A DNA stretch of 64,000 nt from Octopus bimaculoides (taxonomy: Eukaryota), in NCBI RefSeq assembly GCF_001194135.2, contig NC_068998.1, positions 24,533,591 through 24,597,590 on the forward strand, read 5' to 3'. Position numbers and translations under genes: made by a program. Under the pieces are notes generated by a model. It saw nothing but the letters and a program-made list of their open reading frames with translations. It was not told the DNA's origin and searched no databases. Positions 1 through 12,860 of the stretch are shown here, one piece after another (position 1 is the first letter of the stretch; each line of letters begins with the position of its first letter).

Positions 1-1520
1 TATGTTAACCTGGTTATGTGTTTCTTAAAAGAAAACCTATATGGGGAAGCAGAGAAAACCTTTGACCAAAATTTCAAGAAATATGTTGCTGCAAAGTGGA
101 AATGCTTCCTTGATGACTGTTTCTCTTTTTGGGAGAATTCAAATGATCTACAAATGAAAGAGAAGTGGCTCTTTGTCTATCTCTCACAACATCTATTAGA
201 GGAGGAAGAAGGGGAGGAATCAAAGTATACATCACTATGTATTTTAGAAGAATGAGAAGAGAAAAAGTCGTTGTTGAAAAAGAAGTATAGTGTGTGTGTG
301 AAAGGATAGATAAATAGATAGATAGGTAGGTAGGTAGGTAGTGTTGTCACCATAGTAACTAAGAAGGTTTGATTAGAAACGCAGGTATTTTAAGTGTGAG
401 TATGTCAACGCAACCCAACACAGCTTCAAAGAAGAAACTTTCACTGTATAACAATTTTGTGTCTGTATGTCTTTCAATATAGAGACAATGCAACACATAC
501 TTTGAAAAAAGTCTTTCACTATAACGACAGGGTATTGTTGTGAGAGAAATTCAGTGAGAGGGAGAGTGTGTATGCATGAAAGATAGATAGATTGATAGAT
601 AGATAGATAGATTGTTGTTACCATAGTAATTTACAAACCTCTCACTATATCACAGGCTACCATTTAAAGAAGATGCAAGCATGATTAACAAGTATTTTTA
701 CTGACAGTCTAGCGACAGATAAAGACCTAGTATTCAAAAATATTTGAAACACTCTTCACCTTTCATGTTCATGATGGAATCTAATCATAATGACTCACCA
801 TTCTAGACATTCACATAAAAATACTCCACACCAGATTCACAATGCATATATTTCGAAAAAAAAAACAGACGTGCATTAATACTTGAATTTCTACTCATGC
901 CATCCTTCACACATCAAAGGAACATTCCATTCGTTATGGCAAAACTTATCCGTGCAATAGTAGTTGATCTGAAAATACATCAAATCCATCTCAACAAACT
1001 CAAGGACTTCATAGGAAGGAGAAATATCTCCTAAAATTAATAAATGATGGAATTAGAAAGGCAATGAATTAGAGAGGCACCCTACAGATGAGGACACCAA
1101 AGAAAAAACATTGAAGAAAATGCAATTCCATTTATCAATACACACAATCCAGGAGCAACCAACATTTTCCATACAATAAAAACAAACCTACCAATCTCCT
1201 ACAAAGTCCCAAATGAAAAGTCTGTTTGATGAAAGCCTCTCATTAAACAGTAAACATCAACCAAAAAATCTTAAAAGACATCTCACAAGATAAAAATCCA
1301 CATCTGAGAATAATTCAGAATTCTCCTTGAAGGACTGTGGTGATAACAGGCGTGGAACATGTAACAACAACAATAACTTTAAATGTTTGGACAGTGATTC
1401 CCATATGAAATTTAGAAGTGGATTCTCCTTAAAAATAAATGCAATTATGAACTCTCTCATATACTGCATAACCTGCCCTAATTGCAAGGAAAATTATTTT
1501 AACCAAACCAACAATTCCAC
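1..1520 (+). mobile_element. Decayed Penelope-like retroelement (RT C-terminal half plus GIY-YIG endonuclease), interrupted by simple repeats
   Basis: ORF 16-255 has KWKCFLDDCF (RT catalytic YxDD-type motif). 760-930 gives frameshifted FLDI..KKTDVH.YLNFYSCHPSHIK. ORF 1327-1668 has CGDNRRGTC...LIYCITCPNCKENYF, the Cys/GIY-YIG region typical of PLEs. Many stops and frameshifts. Confidence 0.8.
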
Positions 1521-2110
1521 TTGTCTTTTTTCTTTCTCTCTTTCTCTTTTTCCTTTTCCTTTCATTCCTTTTCTATTTCTTTCTAGTCTTTCTTCCTGTC
1601 TTTCTTTCTTGCTCTCTTTCTTTTTTTTTTTACCTTTCTACTCCTCTTCTTTTACTTTCTTCCTCTGACCAAGACCTCAGAAATTCACTACACCCATGTA
1701 CCTTAACATACATATGCATACACAGAGAGAAAAAGAGATAGATGCCTTCAGAATAACAAAATTGACATCTCAAAACATAATTAACTTCAAACACCTGTGA
1801 AAAATGACCATAAAAATATAATAGAAGCCATCTCTGAAAAAAGAAGCAGGACCCACTCGCTCTCTCCCTCTCTGTCTCCTTTCTCTCTTTCTCCTTTCTC
1901 TCCCCCTCTTTTTGTATATATGTATATATATATATATATATATATCTCTTTCTTTCTTTTTCTTCCCCTCTTTTCTTGTTTCTACTTTCCAGTTTTTCTT
2001 TCTATCTTTCTTTCCTCCTTTCCTCTTGTTCTTTCTCTCTCTAGCTGAACTTCCAGGGGTCTACCACACATACATGCTTGTACACATACATATGTGCACA
2101 CATATGTATA

Positions 2111-2641
2111 NNNNNNNNNNNNNNNNNNNNNNNNNNNNNNNNNNNNNNNNNNNNNNNNNNNNNNNNNNNNNNNNNNNNNNNNNNNNNNNNNNNNNNNNNN
2201 NNNNNNNNNNNNNNNNNNNNNNNNNNNNNNNNNNNNNNNNNNNNNNNNNNNNNNNNNNNNNNNNNNNNNNNNNNNNNNNNNNNNNNNNNNNNNNNNNNNN
2301 NNNNNNNNNNNNNNNNNNNNNNNNNNNNNNNNNNNNNNNNNNNNNNNNNNNNNNNNNNNNNNNNNNNNNNNNNNNNNNNNNNNNNNNNNNNNNNNNNNNN
2401 NNNNNNNNNNNNNNNNNNNNNNNNNNNNNNNNNNNNNNNNNNNNNNNNNNNNNNNNNNNNNNNNNNNNNNNNNNNNNNNNNNNNNNNNNNNNNNNNNNNN
2501 NNNNNNNNNNNNNNNNNNNNNNNNNNNNNNNNNNNNNNNNNNNNNNNNNNNNNNNNNNNNNNNNNNNNNNNNNNNNNNNNNNNNNNNNNNNNNNNNNNNN
2601 NNNNNNNNNNNNNNNNNNNNNNNNNNNNNNNNNNNNNNNNN
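2111..2641. other. Assembly gap (N run)
   Basis: Run of N flanked by (TA/CA)n. Other large gaps: 17226-17325, 27179-28132, 35873-36246, 51967-52735. Confidence 0.99.
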
Positions 2642-2752
2642 ATATATACATATGTATATACATGTGTACATAAATACTTATATATATTTCTATATAAATG
2701 CATATGCGAATAGACACGTGCATATACACACACATACACACACACAAACACA

Positions 2753-2794
<42 letters not shown>

Positions 2795-3025
2795 TGATGC
2801 ATCATCAGCTATTTGAGAACAAAATCTGAATTTGAGGGAAACAAAAATATTCATTCAAATAGCAAATGTATTTTTATAGAATTTGGTACACATATTCTTA
2901 CACATGCATAGCAAAAGGCTATCTAATAAAACTGCTATCAGCCTAGAATTTTACTCAAGATGGCTTATGATATGACTAAATGCATTGCTCAGGTAAACTT
3001 TATTTCATGGCTTAGTTTAACTGAG

Positions 3026-3822
3026 TGTCAATATATTGGCATGATGTTAGGGCATATGATGTCCCATAATAAAACCAACTCCAAAATCGTTTAAATATTT
3101 ATTTTTACAGAAATATATTAATATCTACATAATCACACAGGTCTTGCTATGGGTGAACTGTGGATTTTGTTGTGTTGTTGGCACTCCGTCATTTACGACG
3201 TTGAGGGTTCCAGTTGACCCGATCAACGGAACAGCCTGCTCGTGAAATTAACGTGCAAGTGGCTGAGCACTCCACAGACACGTGTACACTTAACGTAGTT
3301 CTCGAGAATATTCAGCATGACACAGTGTGACAAGGCTGACAGGAAGTAAGAGTGAGAGAAAGTTGTGGTGAAAGAGTACAGCAGGGTTCGCCACCATCCC
3401 CTGCCAGAGCCTCGTGGAGCTTTAGATGTTTTCGCTCAATAAACACTCACAACGCCCGGTCTGGGAATCGAAACCACGATCCTATGACCGCGAGTTCACT
3501 GCCCTAACCACTGGGCCATTGCGCCTCCACGTGAACTGTGGTATGCTAGAGGCCAACGTAGTTCATGCTTTTATTAATAGCAGGAAAGAATGGCTTCGTG
3601 TGAGAGGTAAGAAAATACTCTGTTCTTCATAGTCAATGATTCCTGCAGCCTGGGATTGAGCCACAATTAAAGAAACTTGTCAGCTTAAATGGCTTTACTA
3701 CCTGTGTCCACCTGTGTGTGGATTGCTTTGCTTCTCTTTGGCTCTGTTTCTCTGCCTCTCTACTGAGCTTGACCAGGTTGTTGCTTATCTGACTCCATTT
3801 TTATGTGGGAACCTCAAGAACA
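3026..3822 (+). repeat. LTR-like repeat copy 1 (TG...CA), interrupted by a SINE
   Basis: Starts TGTCAATATATTGG and ends AGAACA. A diverged direct copy begins at 5985. Confidence 0.5.
3164..3530 (-). mobile_element. tRNA-derived SINE family B, full length with 11-bp TSD
   Basis: Reverse complement begins GTGGAGGCGCAATGGCCCAGTGGTTAGGGCAG (A/B boxes) and ends in a CAA tail. TSD GTGAACTGTGG at 3153-3163 and 3531-3541. Confidence 0.9.
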
Positions 3823-3867
3823 TGATAGAACTTTCTGTAATATGAGGTGATACTTCTGCAAACTAAG

Positions 3868-4345
3868 GTGGCAAGCTGGTAGAGGTTTTAGCATGCTGGA
3901 CAAGATGCTCAGCAACATTTTGTCTTTCTTTCCTTTCTGAGTTCCAGTTCCACCAAGGTTGACTTCACCTTTTATCCTTTCAGGCTTGATGAAATAAGTA
4001 CCAGTTGGCAGAATAGCAGGTGGTGAGCTGGCAGGAAAGTTAGCACGCCGAGCGAAATGCTTAGCAGTATTTCGTCTGCCGTTACATTCTGAGTTCAGAT
4101 TCCGCCGAGGTCGACTTTGCCTTTCATCCTTTTGGGGTCGATAAATTAAGTACCAGTTACGCAATGGGGTCGATGTAATCGACTTAATCCCTTTGTCTGT
4201 CCTTGTTTGTCCCCTCTATGTGTAGCTCCTTATGGGCAATAAAAAAAAAGAAGAAATAAGTACCAGTTGAGCACTGTGGTTGATGTAATTGACTATCCCC
4301 GTCTCCAAGGATTTCAGGCTTTGTGCCTATTGCAGAAAGGATATT
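3868..4345 (+). mobile_element. SINE family C, nested or tandem copies
   Basis: GGTGAGCTGGCAG..GTTAGCACGCCG..GAGTTCAGATTCCGCCGAGGTCGACTTTGCCTTTCATCC..AAGTACCAGTT motif, recurring many times in the window. Confidence 0.85.
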
Positions 4346-5146
4346 CCTGCAAGCTTATTGGTTGATATTCAGAGCACATCATCTGATCTAAGTGTGGTCT
4401 GATACTACTTACTAAAGCTGTAAAGCTTTGATTCTAGGCTCTGTTGCATTGTTCTCTCTTTTGTGAGTTTGGGAGTAAAAGCAAATATTAATAACCTAAT
4501 TGTCGCAAAAACCAGTTAACAATATGACCACATAGCAAATAATTGACAAGCAACTTAGAAAAAGAATGCAAATGAAAATGTAAATTATTGACAGTGAAAG
4601 AAGTAAAATATTGTTCATATCTAAAGTCCCTGTGTGCAAAAGTGTGTTGATAAACAAAACATATGTAATAAAAGAGAAAAGAAAAACTTTCTGTATGCAT
4701 TACTTAAAGAATAGTGTGGTGTATGTATTTCGTTTGTGTTGAGGGAAACTAAGACACCAAATGTACCAAGCCATTGAAACTTATGTTTATAATTGACATG
4801 ACAAAAGCGAGATCCTATAGAAGAAAGTAGCTGGTTAGAAACAAGGCACAGAAAAACATTGTTAGTATATCTTCTGTGTGAGAGTGCTAAGAAAACATGG
4901 GAAATGTGTAATTAGATGTACATGCATGTTATTACATTAACAAGAAAAATGCAACAAAATAGTGATGTAGATGCATAGATGGTGTATGAATTGACCAGAA
5001 GTATAGAACACCATTACAATATACAAGTATGCAACTATCTGCAAATGAGTTCTGCAGAAAATATGCTTTAACTTGAATGTGTCTGTTGCAAGGATATAAC
5101 TACACTTGTAAATCGCTGGCTGGAACAAATTTTTTGCTTTTGATCA

Positions 5147-5307
5147 GGCGTAGGAGTGGCTGTGTGGTAAGTAGCTTGCTTACAAACCACATGGTTCCGG
5201 GTTCAGTCCCACTACGCGGCACCTTGGGCAAGTGTCTTGTACTATAGCCTCGGGCCAACCAAAACCTTGTGAGTGGATTTGGTAGACGGAAACTGAAAGA
5301 AGCTCAC

Positions 5308-5364
<57 letters not shown>

Positions 5365-5578
5365 GTGTGTATATGTTTGTGTGTCTGTGTTTGTCCCCCC
5401 AACATCATTTGACACCCGATGCTGGTGTGTTTACATTCCCGTAACTTAGCGATTCAGCAAAAGAGACCAATAGAATAAGTACTAGGCTTACAAAGAATAA
5501 GTCTTAGGATCGATTTGCTCGACTAAAGGTGATACTCCAGCATGGTCACAGTCAAATGACTAAAACAAGTAAAAGAAT
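5147..5578 (+). mobile_element. SINE family A (tRNA-like head, internal (TA)n, GTAAAAGA tail)
   Basis: GGCGTAGGAGTGGCTGTGTGGTAAGTAGCTTGC...GGTTCAGTCCCACT...GACTAAAACAAGTAAAAGA. At least 13 copies in the window. Confidence 0.9.
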
Positions 5579-5984
5579 AACAAAATGGAATGCATTATAA
5601 AAAACATACTAAAAGGGAGTTCTTGAAAGGCTCTTTTGCAAAGTTTATGTGTGAAACAATTGTTGATGTCCGCATTGAGTTGATAAAATCAGTGGTTGCC
5701 AATATGATTTGCACTGACTAGTATTTTTAATATCATAGTCTCCAGTGTAAATGCTTGTTCTGTTGTCAGCAAAGTGAAAGCTGTGTAGTTATGTGTCTGT
5801 GTCATCAAAGTAGAACATTCCTCTGTCTTTGAAAGTCGTCACTGTTTATAGCTTGTTTGAATGTTGGGTTATCATTGTTTGGTGAGGATAGATGAAACAT
5901 CCAGGTTACCCAAGTTGCCATTGTAGAGTTGGTTTGTAAAAGCTGAATTTTGTGGGTCACCAATGAAGAGAGATGTTGAATGGG

Positions 5985-6357
5985 TGTCAATATATTGGTA
6001 TGATGTTAGGTTGTGAGATGTCCCATAATAAAACCAACTCTAAGGTTGTTTAAATAACATTTTTTCTTACAGGAATATATCAGTACTTAGATAATTACAT
6101 TGTGGCTTGCCATGGGTGTATTGTGGTATCCTCAGTGCAAATGTAGTTCTTAGTTACATTAATAGAAGAAAAGAATGGTTTTATGTGAAAGGCAGGAAAA
6201 ATATTCTGCTCTTGATAGCTGATAATTCCTTTAACCTGGGGTTGAGCTGTCACCAAGGAAATTTGTCTACTTAAAAGGCTTGTTTGTCTGTCCACTTGTG
6301 TTTCTCTAACTCTTTGCTTCTCTGTATCTCTGCTATGCTTGTCTGTGTTGCTGCTTA
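5985..6357 (+). repeat. LTR-like repeat copy 2 (3'-truncated)
   Basis: Aligns by eye to 3026-3160 plus 3540-3790. Confidence 0.5.
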
Positions 6358-6469
6358 TATAATCTCTTTTTATGTATATATATATATAATCTCTTTTTAT
6401 TATCTCATTTTAAGTCAGTACTAGAAGAAAACTACCATCTTTGGCTTCAAGATGAAAGGCATTCTTCCA

Positions 6470-6850
6470 TTAGGATAATGCTCAGTCACATACGACGAGG
6501 ATGACATTCTAGGGGCTGGAGCAGTTTGAAAGGTAAATGATGCCCCACCCACCATACTTTCCGGACATTGCCCCATCTGATACTCATTTATTCTACAGTC
6601 TTCAAAATCATTTGGATGGAAAAATCATGAATTCTACAGACGAAGTCAGAACAGTACTGTTGGAGTATTTTTCCTCACGGACAAGTGAATTTTGGAAGAG
6701 GGGCCTTGCAAGTCTACCAGATGGATGGAAGAGCATTGAAGAAAATGAAGGAGAGTATATTTTAGATTAAAAAGAACTTTGTTTATCTTGCTTTTGAAAA
6801 ATACAAGAAGTATAAAAAAACTGTGTTAATTATGGGATGTCGCAATATCG
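6470..6850 (+). mobile_element. Mariner transposase 3' fragment with terminal repeat
   Basis: ORF 6537-6770 HPPYFPDIAPSDTHLFYSLQNHL...FWKRGLASLPDGWKSIEENEGEYILD matches the mariner YSPDLAPSD C-terminus. TIR-like AATTATGGGATG..CAATA follows. Confidence 0.9.
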
Positions 6851-7974
6851 TTACACCGAATTTCTCTTCCTTTGCTTATTCTTTAATCCTTTAGTATTCA
6901 GATTATCTTGTTTAATATAATACTTATTAATTCATATTGTTTTGGATTAATCAAGCATTATCTTGTTGCTTTGAAATTTTGATGTTGTGACTGTTGATTT
7001 TTAGAATGACATTATAGGAAAGGTGGGAGAGGCCAGATTTGGCCAGTTTGAGCATAAAATATGTGGAATAATTTGGCTGAATATGGCCAGTTTAAACACT
7101 AAGTGGTTAAGGTGATTTTTATGCATATACTTACAAAATATTTGGTATTTCCTGGAAGAAATTTATCTACAGGGGGCCATTTTTTTAAAGAACATCATAT
7201 TAATTCTGCATAAATTTACTTTGTTTGAAATGCAGTGCTTTGTAACTGAGATACACAGATAATTTATTTGCATTTCAAATAACCTACAGTTGAATGACTG
7301 TCTTGGTTGCAGTGATTGAATCTGAAGGCAGCATTGCTAGTGTTGTCTTGCTGCTGTTTCTCCATCAATTTTGCTTTTCTTCATCAGCAATCATTAACCC
7401 CTTTTTCATCTTGTTGAACTATTGTCTAGTTTCAGTTCCAGTGGAAGTGATTACTAGCAATGTCCCCCCTCCTTTCAATGTTCGCATAAGGAGATTTCAT
7501 TCTTCTCTTTCTGGCACGAAAACACAAGATTTCATTCTTGCTGAAGCGAAAATGAAATCTTGTGTTTGTCTGCCAGAAACCAGTTCTCAATATAGCATGT
7601 CTTTCAGAATCCAACCATCTGACAAGTAGTGTATGTGGCCCAGCCATTGTATGTGTCATTGCAGTAGGATGAAAAGACTGAGTGAATCTGTGCACAAGCC
7701 AGGGCCTCATTGTTAGTGACTCAGATTGTTCAGGGTACGTCTCAGGCTATGCAATGGATGGTGCTGAAATGTTGATTTTGTCTATAGTGTACATGCTTTA
7801 GGCCTTGCTGATTTAACCCTTTGCCTGTCCACATCATTTTCATAAAATTGCCCAGATGTCTGTGCTTGTTTTCAGACTTTTAGTAGGCCCTTGTTTCTAA
7901 CGTTCTGTGTAGTATAAAGCTTTCCTGCCAGAAGTTCCAAGTTACACAGATGTGTGAAAAGAATTAGAAATGTG

Positions 7975-8210
7975 TTATTTCTTTACTACCCACAAGAGGC
8001 TACACACAGAGGGGAGAAACAAGGGCAGATCAATGAATTAAGTTGATAATATCGACCCCAGTGTGTAACTGGTACTTATTTAATCGATTCCGAAAGGATG
8101 AAAGGCAAAGTCGACCTTGGCGGGATTTGAACACAGAACGTAGCGGCAGACGATATACTGCTAAGCATTTCAGCCGGCATGCTAACATTTCTGCCAGCTT
8201 GCTGCCTTAT
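7975..8210 (-). mobile_element. SINE family C
   Basis: Reverse complement of the family C motif. Confidence 0.85.
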
Positions 8211-8234
8211 TAGAAATGTGTGTAATATATGATG

Positions 8235-8560
8235 TATGGTTCAGTAGTAAGAGCATTCGGCTCACAATCATGAGGTAGTGAATTCGAATCCCAGATAGGG
8301 TTTTGTGTTGCGTTCTTAAGCAAGATATGATTTTACATTGCTCCAGTTCACTCAGCTGTAGAAATGAGCAATGATGTCATGGTGACAAGCTGTATCGGCC
8401 TTTGCTTTTACCTTGGATAACATCAGTGGCATAGAGAGGGGAGGCTGGTATGCATGAGTGACTACTTGTCTTCCATAAAAACAACCATGCCTGGACTTGT
8501 GCCTCGGAGAGGAACTTTGTAGGAGTAATCCTATGGTCATTCATGACCAAAGGAGGTTTT
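8235..8560 (+). mobile_element. Diverged tRNA-derived SINE (family B-related). A related copy lies at 19360-19600.
   Basis: GGTTCAGTAGTAAGAGCATTCGGCTCACAATCATGAGGTAGTGAATTCGAATCCCAG tRNA-like head. Shared 3' part ...GGTCATTCATGAC..AAGG.GGT.TTTA. Confidence 0.7.
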
Positions 8561-8839
8561 TACCATTTATCTTTTTATCGACACCAGGAAAATACATGGT
8601 GTTCATCACATATGATACACAGGATAGGCAAAGCAACGTACTGAGGATGCAGGCTCTTAATACAATAGCCATTTTGTAAAATATTAGCTTACATCTCTCC
8701 TACACTTTCATTGTCAGCCTAGCTAGTATGAAACTGCTTGTCTAATATATCTATTGATCTCAGACATCAGAAAGGCATAGAAACCATGGAAAATCTATCA
8801 AGACATCTGTATTGTAATGTATTACTTATAATAATCATC

Positions 8840-9045
8840 ATCATCATCATAATCTTTTAACGTCTGCTTTCCATGCTAGCATGGGTTGGACGATTTGACT
8901 GAGGACTGGTGAACCGGATGGCTACACCAGGCTCCAATCTGATTTGGCAGAGTTTCTACAGCTGGACGCCCTTCCTAACGCCAACCACTCCAAGAGTGTA
9001 GTGGGTGCTTTTACATGCCACCGGCACGAAGGCCAGTCACGTGGT
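8840..9045 (-). mobile_element. 3' UTR/tail of a young RTE-type element
   Basis: Reverse complement of 22880-23090, with (GAT)n tail. Confidence 0.85.
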
Positions 9046-9539
9046 AATAATTGTATATACATCTATATGGTGTGACATTTTTATCCATTTTAAAAAAGAA
9101 GCAGAATTTAATAGCATGTTGCCCTTTTCATATATGTTGGATTTACAACTGGTTACTCAGCAGTAAATTCCTTAGTATTAGTATAGGTAGCCTTTGATAA
9201 TCTCATGCATTTACATCTTTCCCTTCTCTAAATTACAAAGAAAAGCTGTTTATTTATCTCTATCTGACTATCTATCTCACCTTTTTTCTTTATATGTGCA
9301 TGTGTGTATATATACCTGCATGTATACATTAGTGTACTTTACTAAAGAAGACCACAAGTCAGATGGTAATGAAAACTGCATTATGGATCAAGTTTAGTGT
9401 CCAAGGAGAAGAACAGTTCCTCAGATTGATTTCCATATGCCAAGTTTTACGCATAAGGCTTGGGATGATCAGAGACTGTAGTGGGCAATGATTGCTAATC
9501 TGCTGTGCTGCTGGATCACAACAAACCAAAATCTGTAGC

Positions 9540-9989
9540 TTTTATCTTTTATCTGTTTCAGTCATTAGACCATGGCCATGCTGGGGCACTGCCTTGAAGA
9601 ACTTTTGGTTGAATGAATTGACCACAGTACTTATTTTTTGTGTTTTAAACCAACCTGGTACTTTTTCTATTATTCTATTTTTTTCTAAACTGCTGAGTTA
9701 CAGGGATGTAAACAAACAAATTCTGGTTGTCAAGAGGTGCTGGGGGACAAATGCAGAAACAAAGAGAGACAGATGCATACACACACACACACATACATGT
9801 ATGTGTGTGTGTGTGTGTGTGTGTTTGTGTGTGATGGACTTCTTTCAGTATCCATCTACCAAATCCACTCAGAAGGCTTTGGTCAGCCTGAGGCTATAGC
9901 AAAAGACACTTGTCGAAGGTGTCACACAGTGAGACTGAACCCGGAACAATGTGGTTAGAGAGCGAGCATTTCACCACACAGCCACACCT
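9540..9989 (-). mobile_element. SINE family A
   Basis: Reverse complement of the family A motif. Confidence 0.85.
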
Positions 9990-11622
9990 GGTTACACTTA
10001 AAAAAATAAACATAGATAACCTTATTTAGAGGCTACCACACCATTTTATGAAGAGCAATGAATACGTCTACAGTAAATCGTAAGCTCATACTCTAATAAT
10101 ACAGTATTTCTGTATTGGTTTAGTTAGTAAGAATGCTTTGTGTCTATGGCTTTCATAGCTTCTCCTTTTCCATAGACAGTTGAGACTGCCGACGTTAACT
10201 CTTTAAGCATGACATTCTAATATTGTAACAACACAGTACAGCCCGATCAAGCTGACTGTAGCAATATATTATAATACTCTCATACTAGCAATACTTTCAA
10301 AAGATAAATTACTTTCATATTGATTTTGCCAGAATATTTTATTATTGATTGATTACTTGCTTCTTTTTTTTTCTTTTTTTTTTCTTTTTTTCCACATAGA
10401 AATGAAAAGTTTAAGTCATCATAGATAATTTAATCTGCAATGTGATGTGGAATAAGATAAAAGATGTCTTTCCAATAAGATTTGCTAAACAAGATATGAT
10501 CGATAATCATAGGATATAATTAAAGGTATTGAATTTCACAAACAGAGGAGTAAAGTATCAGCAAAAAGTTCATAGGATTAATTGTAGAAATGAATAGAGA
10601 AGTGAATTCAATAGTTCATGTGAGTACCAAAGAGTTAATATAAGTATGAATATGTACTACCTGTTGAAGGATATATAGAAATCAAGACACAAATCATAAG
10701 TTAATGACAGAGGCTCTACACAAATCGATCTGATAAAAATAGCAGTCAATCACTCACTAAACTATAGCCTGCTGTCATTAAAACTGATATGATGAACAAT
10801 ATAACCTTGTCTGTGTTAATTTCAAAAATAACAGATGGTAATTATAACCTGAGTGATTTTGATCCTAGATCAACAGTTCAATCAGAGTTGATTTGGAGTT
10901 AAACAGCAATAAATAACAATATAGGATATTGCAGTACATAGTAATTAATTAATTATATACATATGAGAAAATATTTCTAGCTTTTCTCTAAAACTGTATG
11001 GGGTTATAACCCCTGGTGCTTCAGGAATATTACATAACGCACTATAATGTATATGAATTAATTCCTAATAGAATTAATTAATGTATAAATAATCAATACG
11101 ATTAGTTTTAATTAATATATAAAATTAATTAATTTATATGTTCTATGTTGTGTTATATAATTTTCCTAAAATATGAAGCTTATTAAAACTAACTTTATTG
11201 GAATAATATTCCTTTGGTTAACTTCTCCATGCATTGTAGTAACGGTTGTAGTTAGAGATGTTTAAGTTGTAGTTAAATGTCACTGAGTTGACTATGATCA
11301 AAAGCAAACTAGCCATGACAGTCCCAACTTATTTTCAGGTATAGTCGACTTTGGACAACACTGTGTAGTGGTTGGTTTTATGTAAGACAGTAGGATATAG
11401 TTTTGGATACTATTTTCAGCAAATTAGATGCCACAGACTGCTCCATCAAAGGCTCACCTCATTTTTGAAGTTATAAACTCCAAAACTATATCAGAGTCAG
11501 ACTTGAAATACTTTCTTGAATTCTGATAACATAAAAATTATATTCCTTGCGCAAAAGGAATATGATCAATACTTTTTTTTTATCTCCAAAAAGTGAAAAT
11601 ATAATCAAAAATATCTTCTTTC

Positions 11623-11822
11623 ATCTTTTATCTTTTACCTGTTTCAGTTACTGGACTGTAGCCATGCTGGAGCATCGTCTTAAGGGTTCCTACCAAATAA
11701 ATCAACCCCAGTACTTATTTTTGAGAAGTATGATTCTAATTTTATCAGACTCTTTTGCTGAACTGCTAAGTTACAAGGACATAAACAAACCAACACTGGT
11801 TATCAAGTGTTGGTGGGGAAAA
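11623..11822 (-). mobile_element. SINE family A, 3' half
   Basis: Reverse complement of the family A tail. Confidence 0.8.
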
Positions 11823-11923
11823 CCACAGACTATTTTCTCTTTTTTCACATATCTCTAACAGAGTCTACTCTGTTACAAGCTTTCAGACTATTCTGATCTG
11901 TGGATGAATAACTTAATACTTTG

Positions 11924-11957
11924 ATGTGGTGCTTTCTACTGCACTTTTGCTTGTATA
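11924..11957 (+). CDS. Putative first coding exon of a small secreted protein (MWCFLLHFCLY)
   Basis: Pyrimidine tract plus AG acceptor at 11860-61 and perfect GTAAGT donor at 11958. ATG follows an in-frame TAA. The phase 1 end joins exon 13544. Confidence 0.5.
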
Positions 11958-12157
11958 GTAAGTACAAGTGCTTGTGAAAAGGTTCAGGTGGGATTGCTTG
12001 ACTTCTAGATAGTAAAGGAACCTGATTCTATAATTCAGGCTTTGAAAAACTACCCCATTTCCTGTCAGGCTCACTTCAGTGTCTATTTATGAAGATCAAA
12101 ATAGTTGTATGCTGCAACATGTGATTAGTTGTTACTCTTTTATCTTTCTTCACTTAT

Positions 12158-12571
12158 TCTCTTTTACTCTCTTTTACTTGTTTCAGTCATTTTGACTGTG
12201 GCCATGCTGGAGCACCGCCTTTAGTCGAGCAAATCGACCCGAGGACTTAATTTTTGGAAGCCTAGTACTTATTCTATCGGTCTCTTTTGCCGAACCGCTA
12301 AGTTACGAGGATGTAAACACACCAACATCAGTTGTCAAGCGATGTTGGGGGGGACAAACACAGACACGCAAACATATACACACACATATATATATATATA
12401 CATATATACGACAGGCTTCTTTCAGTTTCCGTCTACCAAATCCATTCACAAGGCTTTGGTCGGCCCAAGACTATAGTAGAAGACACTTGCCCAAGGTGCC
12501 ACGCAGTGGGACTGAACCCGGAACCATGTGGTTGGTAAGCAAGCTACTTACTACACAGCCACTCCTACGCC
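12158..12571 (-). mobile_element. SINE family A, near full length
   Basis: Reverse complement of the complete family A motif. Confidence 0.9.
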
Positions 12572-12717
12572 TATTGTGAACATTTTGCGAACTTAATGGG
12601 TATCCCATTCTTTACTTATGAGTAAGCCATAATAACATACTGTATAAGCCAATTCAGTTTACTCATTGGAATCAACTGAGTCTTCAATCACCATTATCAG
12701 TAGATGTTCAAATTTGA

Positions 12718-12860
12718 TAATGGTTTCAAACTTTGGCACTAGGCCAAAATTTGATGTTAGGAGAGAGGGTAAGCGAATTACATCAACTCTAGTATTCACC
12801 TGGTACTTATTTTATTGACCCCAAAAGAATGAAAGACAAAGTTGACCTTGGTGGTATATT
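12718..12860 (-). mobile_element. SINE family C fragment
   Basis: Reverse complement of the family C 3' part. Confidence 0.7.

Larger units (their letters stand above)
7290..9530 (-). mobile_element. Decayed RTE-clade LINE (RT and post-RT region), fragmented by SINE insertions
   Basis: Minus-strand fragments: DPAA..LQSLI..ACKTWHMEINL (9330-9530), LARLT..KMAI.RACILSTLL (8590-8790) and QWLGHIHYLSDGWILKDMLY*ELVSGRQ (7560-7660). Collinear with the RTE ORF2 C-terminus. Confidence 0.75.

Noticed and set aside
1912-2816. Long ORFs in the track spanning N runs (also 27052-28327, 35793-36337 and 51819-52870)
   Set aside because: Their length comes from X residues in assembly gaps plus flanking (TA/CA)n, so they are not genes.
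2960-2992. MAYDMTKCIAQ|GT, a possible start exon loosely like the eIF3e N-terminus
   Set aside because: No matching downstream exon was found, the similarity is too short, and the phase does not fit exon 13544.
5805-5990. NPTFKQAINSDD as a Copia-like motif on -
   Set aside because: It is isolated, with no neighbouring RT or integrase motifs, and is opposite in orientation to the LTR-like repeats.
10176-10220. TVETADVNSLSMTF* as a terminal exon on +
   Set aside because: No upstream exon was identified, and it may be eroded LINE sequence next to the RTE remnant.
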